The position numbers were made by a program, and so were the translations under genes. This document shows positions 62,227 through 64,000 of a stretch of DNA of 64,000 nucleotides, piece by piece. The stretch comes from Ascoidea asiatica JCM 7603 (lineage: Eukaryota; Fungi; Ascomycota). Under the pieces are notes generated by a model, which was given only the letters and a program-made list of their open reading frames with translations, did not search any database and was not told the origin of the DNA. Each line of letters starts with the position of its first letter. Position 1 is the first letter of the stretch. The stretch is taken from positions 1,618,526-1,682,525 of the forward strand of contig BCKQ01000003.1 of NCBI GenBank assembly GCA_001600695.1. Direction: 5' to 3'.

Positions 62227-62933
62227 CGGAAACTTCAAAATTGCTTCGGCCAGGCTCACACTTGCCACAATATGCTAATTACAGTAAGAGTACATAAGAA
62301 AAAAAAAATTCGGAAAGCTTTCAATGTCTGATTGGGAACTTTTCTTAAAACCTTTGGGAACTTTTTTTTTCCGTTTTAGAAAGTAGAAAGTCGAATACCC
62401 ACTGTTTCCGGTAAAACTTGACCAGTTTGAATTGAATATAGACCGGAATTGAACATTTTTGCGCGCAATTCTGATCTTACTTCTTTGACGTAACTTTAAC
62501 GTTAAAATCCGAGAGAAATAATGATAGAGAAAGACTTTTTGTGGATATTAGCAAAAATAGCTTTGAATAATAATCAAGTTTTTTTACAATAACTTACTTA
62601 CGGTAAAGAGTTTTAAACATGATGAGTTTATTTTAAAGCTTAGCAAGAGAAAAAAATAATGATAGATACTGCTCTTCAGTACTGAATCATGAAGCCAATC
62701 CAGAATATCCAAAAGAACTATAGAAGCTTAAGAAATACTTGAAAAAACAGAGTATCCTTATGAAAATACTTTTAGCTATTTCCAAAGACATAAAAATCAA
62801 GACATTAACAAACACAAAAAAAACGAAGCATTAATTCAAAACCTAATAGTCAAAAACTTTTTTGAAAAACAGAGAACAAAAAACAAAATTAGAAGCAAAA
62901 AAAAAAATTTAAAAGACCATTAAAAAAACTCTT

Positions 62934-64000
62934 TCAAAGATAGTAACCACCAAAATTGTTATTGGATTTCCCATCGTTATTGATATTATTATTTATATCA
63001 TATACCTTATTGAAAAGTAAGTATCTAATATAATTGTCTAATTTATTTATTTTAGTCATTGAACTAAATCTTTCAACCACATTTCCTTCTTTATCAATTA
63101 AAAATTTTTCAAAATTCCATTTGATTAATTTTATTCCCAATTTTCCTTTTTTTTGATTTTTTAAATATCTATAAACTCCAATTTGATTTTTACCATTAAC
63201 TTTACATTTTTTCATTATAGGAAATGTAATATTATTTTTTTGAATGAATTTTTTAATTTTTTCATTCTTTGTTGAATTCATATTGAAATTCAATAACATT
63301 TGAGATGAGGATGAAGAAGATTGAGTATGAAATGGTGATTTAGATTGTGATTTGGAGTGAGATTTAGATTGAGGTTTGGATTGAGATTGAGATTGAATGA
63401 ATGAGTGAGAATCATTTTGATAATTAGAGCTAGATCCAGAAGAAAACGATGCAGCTCGTGGAAATTCTTTTGATAAAAATTGATCAGTTGGAAATCCAAC
63501 TATTTCTAATCCATGTTTCCTATATCTTTGATATAATTTTTCTAAATCTTTAAAATGTTGAGAAAATTGTGTAAAAGAAATAGGTAAATTGATTAATAAA
63601 ATTACTTTATTTTTATTTTTACTGAAATCATATAAATTTCCAAAACAATCTTCAATTGTAAAATCATAAATTGAGAATGTTTCATTATAAATTGAATCTG
63701 AATTTGTACTTTCACTTGTTATTGAATCTTTAAAAAAAAGATCATTTTCATCATTCTCAAATTTATCAGAGTTATTGCAATGGTCACTATTATCACAATG
63801 ATCAGAATCATTTTTATCAACTTTATTATTCTTATCTTTTTTAAGACCTTTATCTTTTTTACTTTCTTCAACTCCATTTAAAGTTAATTTACTTGTGGAT
63901 TTAGATAAAAAATTTAGCATATCATTATTAAACTTATCTAATGAAACATTACCAGATTTTGAATCATATTTAATTGTATTATTTATTGAATTACCTATTG
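62934..64000 (-). CDS. GPx-fold pseudoenzyme C (5'-partial; frame stays open past the track start at 63920 to the window edge)
   Basis: IYDFTIEDCFGNLYDFSKNKNKVILLINLPISFTQF...GLEIVGFPTDQF...ITFPIMKKCKVNG...IKWNFEKFLIDKEGNVVERFSS. Upstream codons read ...IGNSINNTIKYDSKSGNVSLDKFNND with no stop. Confidence 0.85.
   Translation of the reverse strand, partial: IGNSINNTIKYDSKSGNVSLDKFNNDMLNFLSKSTSKLTLNGVEESKKDKGLKKDKNNKVDKNDSDHCDNSDHCNNSDKFENDENDLFFKDSITSESTNSDSIYNETFSIYDFTIEDCFGNLYDFSKNKNKVILLINLPISFTQFSQHFKDLEKLYQRYRKHGLEIVGFPTDQFLSKEFPRAASFSSGSSSNYQNDSHSFIQSQSQSKPQSKSHSKSQSKSPFHTQSSSSSSQMLLNFNMNSTKNEKIKKFIQKNNITFPIMKKCKVNGKNQIGVYRYLKNQKKGKLGIKLIKWNFEKFLIDKEGNVVERFSSMTKINKLDNYIRYLLFNKVYDINNNINNDGKSNNNFGGYYL

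Noticed and set aside
62619-62692. Possible box C/D snoRNA (ATGATGA...CTGA)
   Set aside because: No recognisable rRNA guide, and such boxes occur by chance in AT-rich DNA; would need snoscan or Infernal.
22898-63920. Selenocysteine-type GPx
   Set aside because: No in-frame TGA at the catalytic position in any copy; all frames read through with sense codons.

Overview
Very AT-rich, nearly intron-free genomic DNA from a budding yeast (Saccharomycotina). It carries Tudor-SN and a CNT transporter, which S. cerevisiae lacks, and many poly-Asn tracts; an Ascoidea/Saccharomycopsis-like genome is plausible but cannot be verified here. About 21 protein genes are present: DNM1 (partial), CNE1, DRN1, MID1, CDC48, CNT, SND1, SPP2, RBG1, MDM31, NSR1, an ORF split by one TAA, SLM3, an ART10-like arrestin, EPS1, BET1, ARO8, BNA2, RME1, and three glutathione-peroxidase-fold genes. 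An intron-containing U3 snoRNA gene that the ORF track does not show lies at 29514-29913 on the minus strand. Most notable: (1) a three-member family of apparently catalytically dead GPx-fold proteins fused to long Asn/Ser-rich disordered N-termini, all lacking the peroxidatic Cys and sharing new residues; (2) an exactly phased 6 x 28-bp array of AGACC-N8/9-GGTCT dyads upstream of BET1, with a perfect single copy in the CNE1/DRN1 promoter; (3) a head-to-head ARO8-BNA2 tryptophan-catabolism pair with Gcn4 and Aft-type sites; (4) an Nsr1 lacking its RGG/GAR tail, next to U3. Gene names come from recalled protein motifs, not from database searches.
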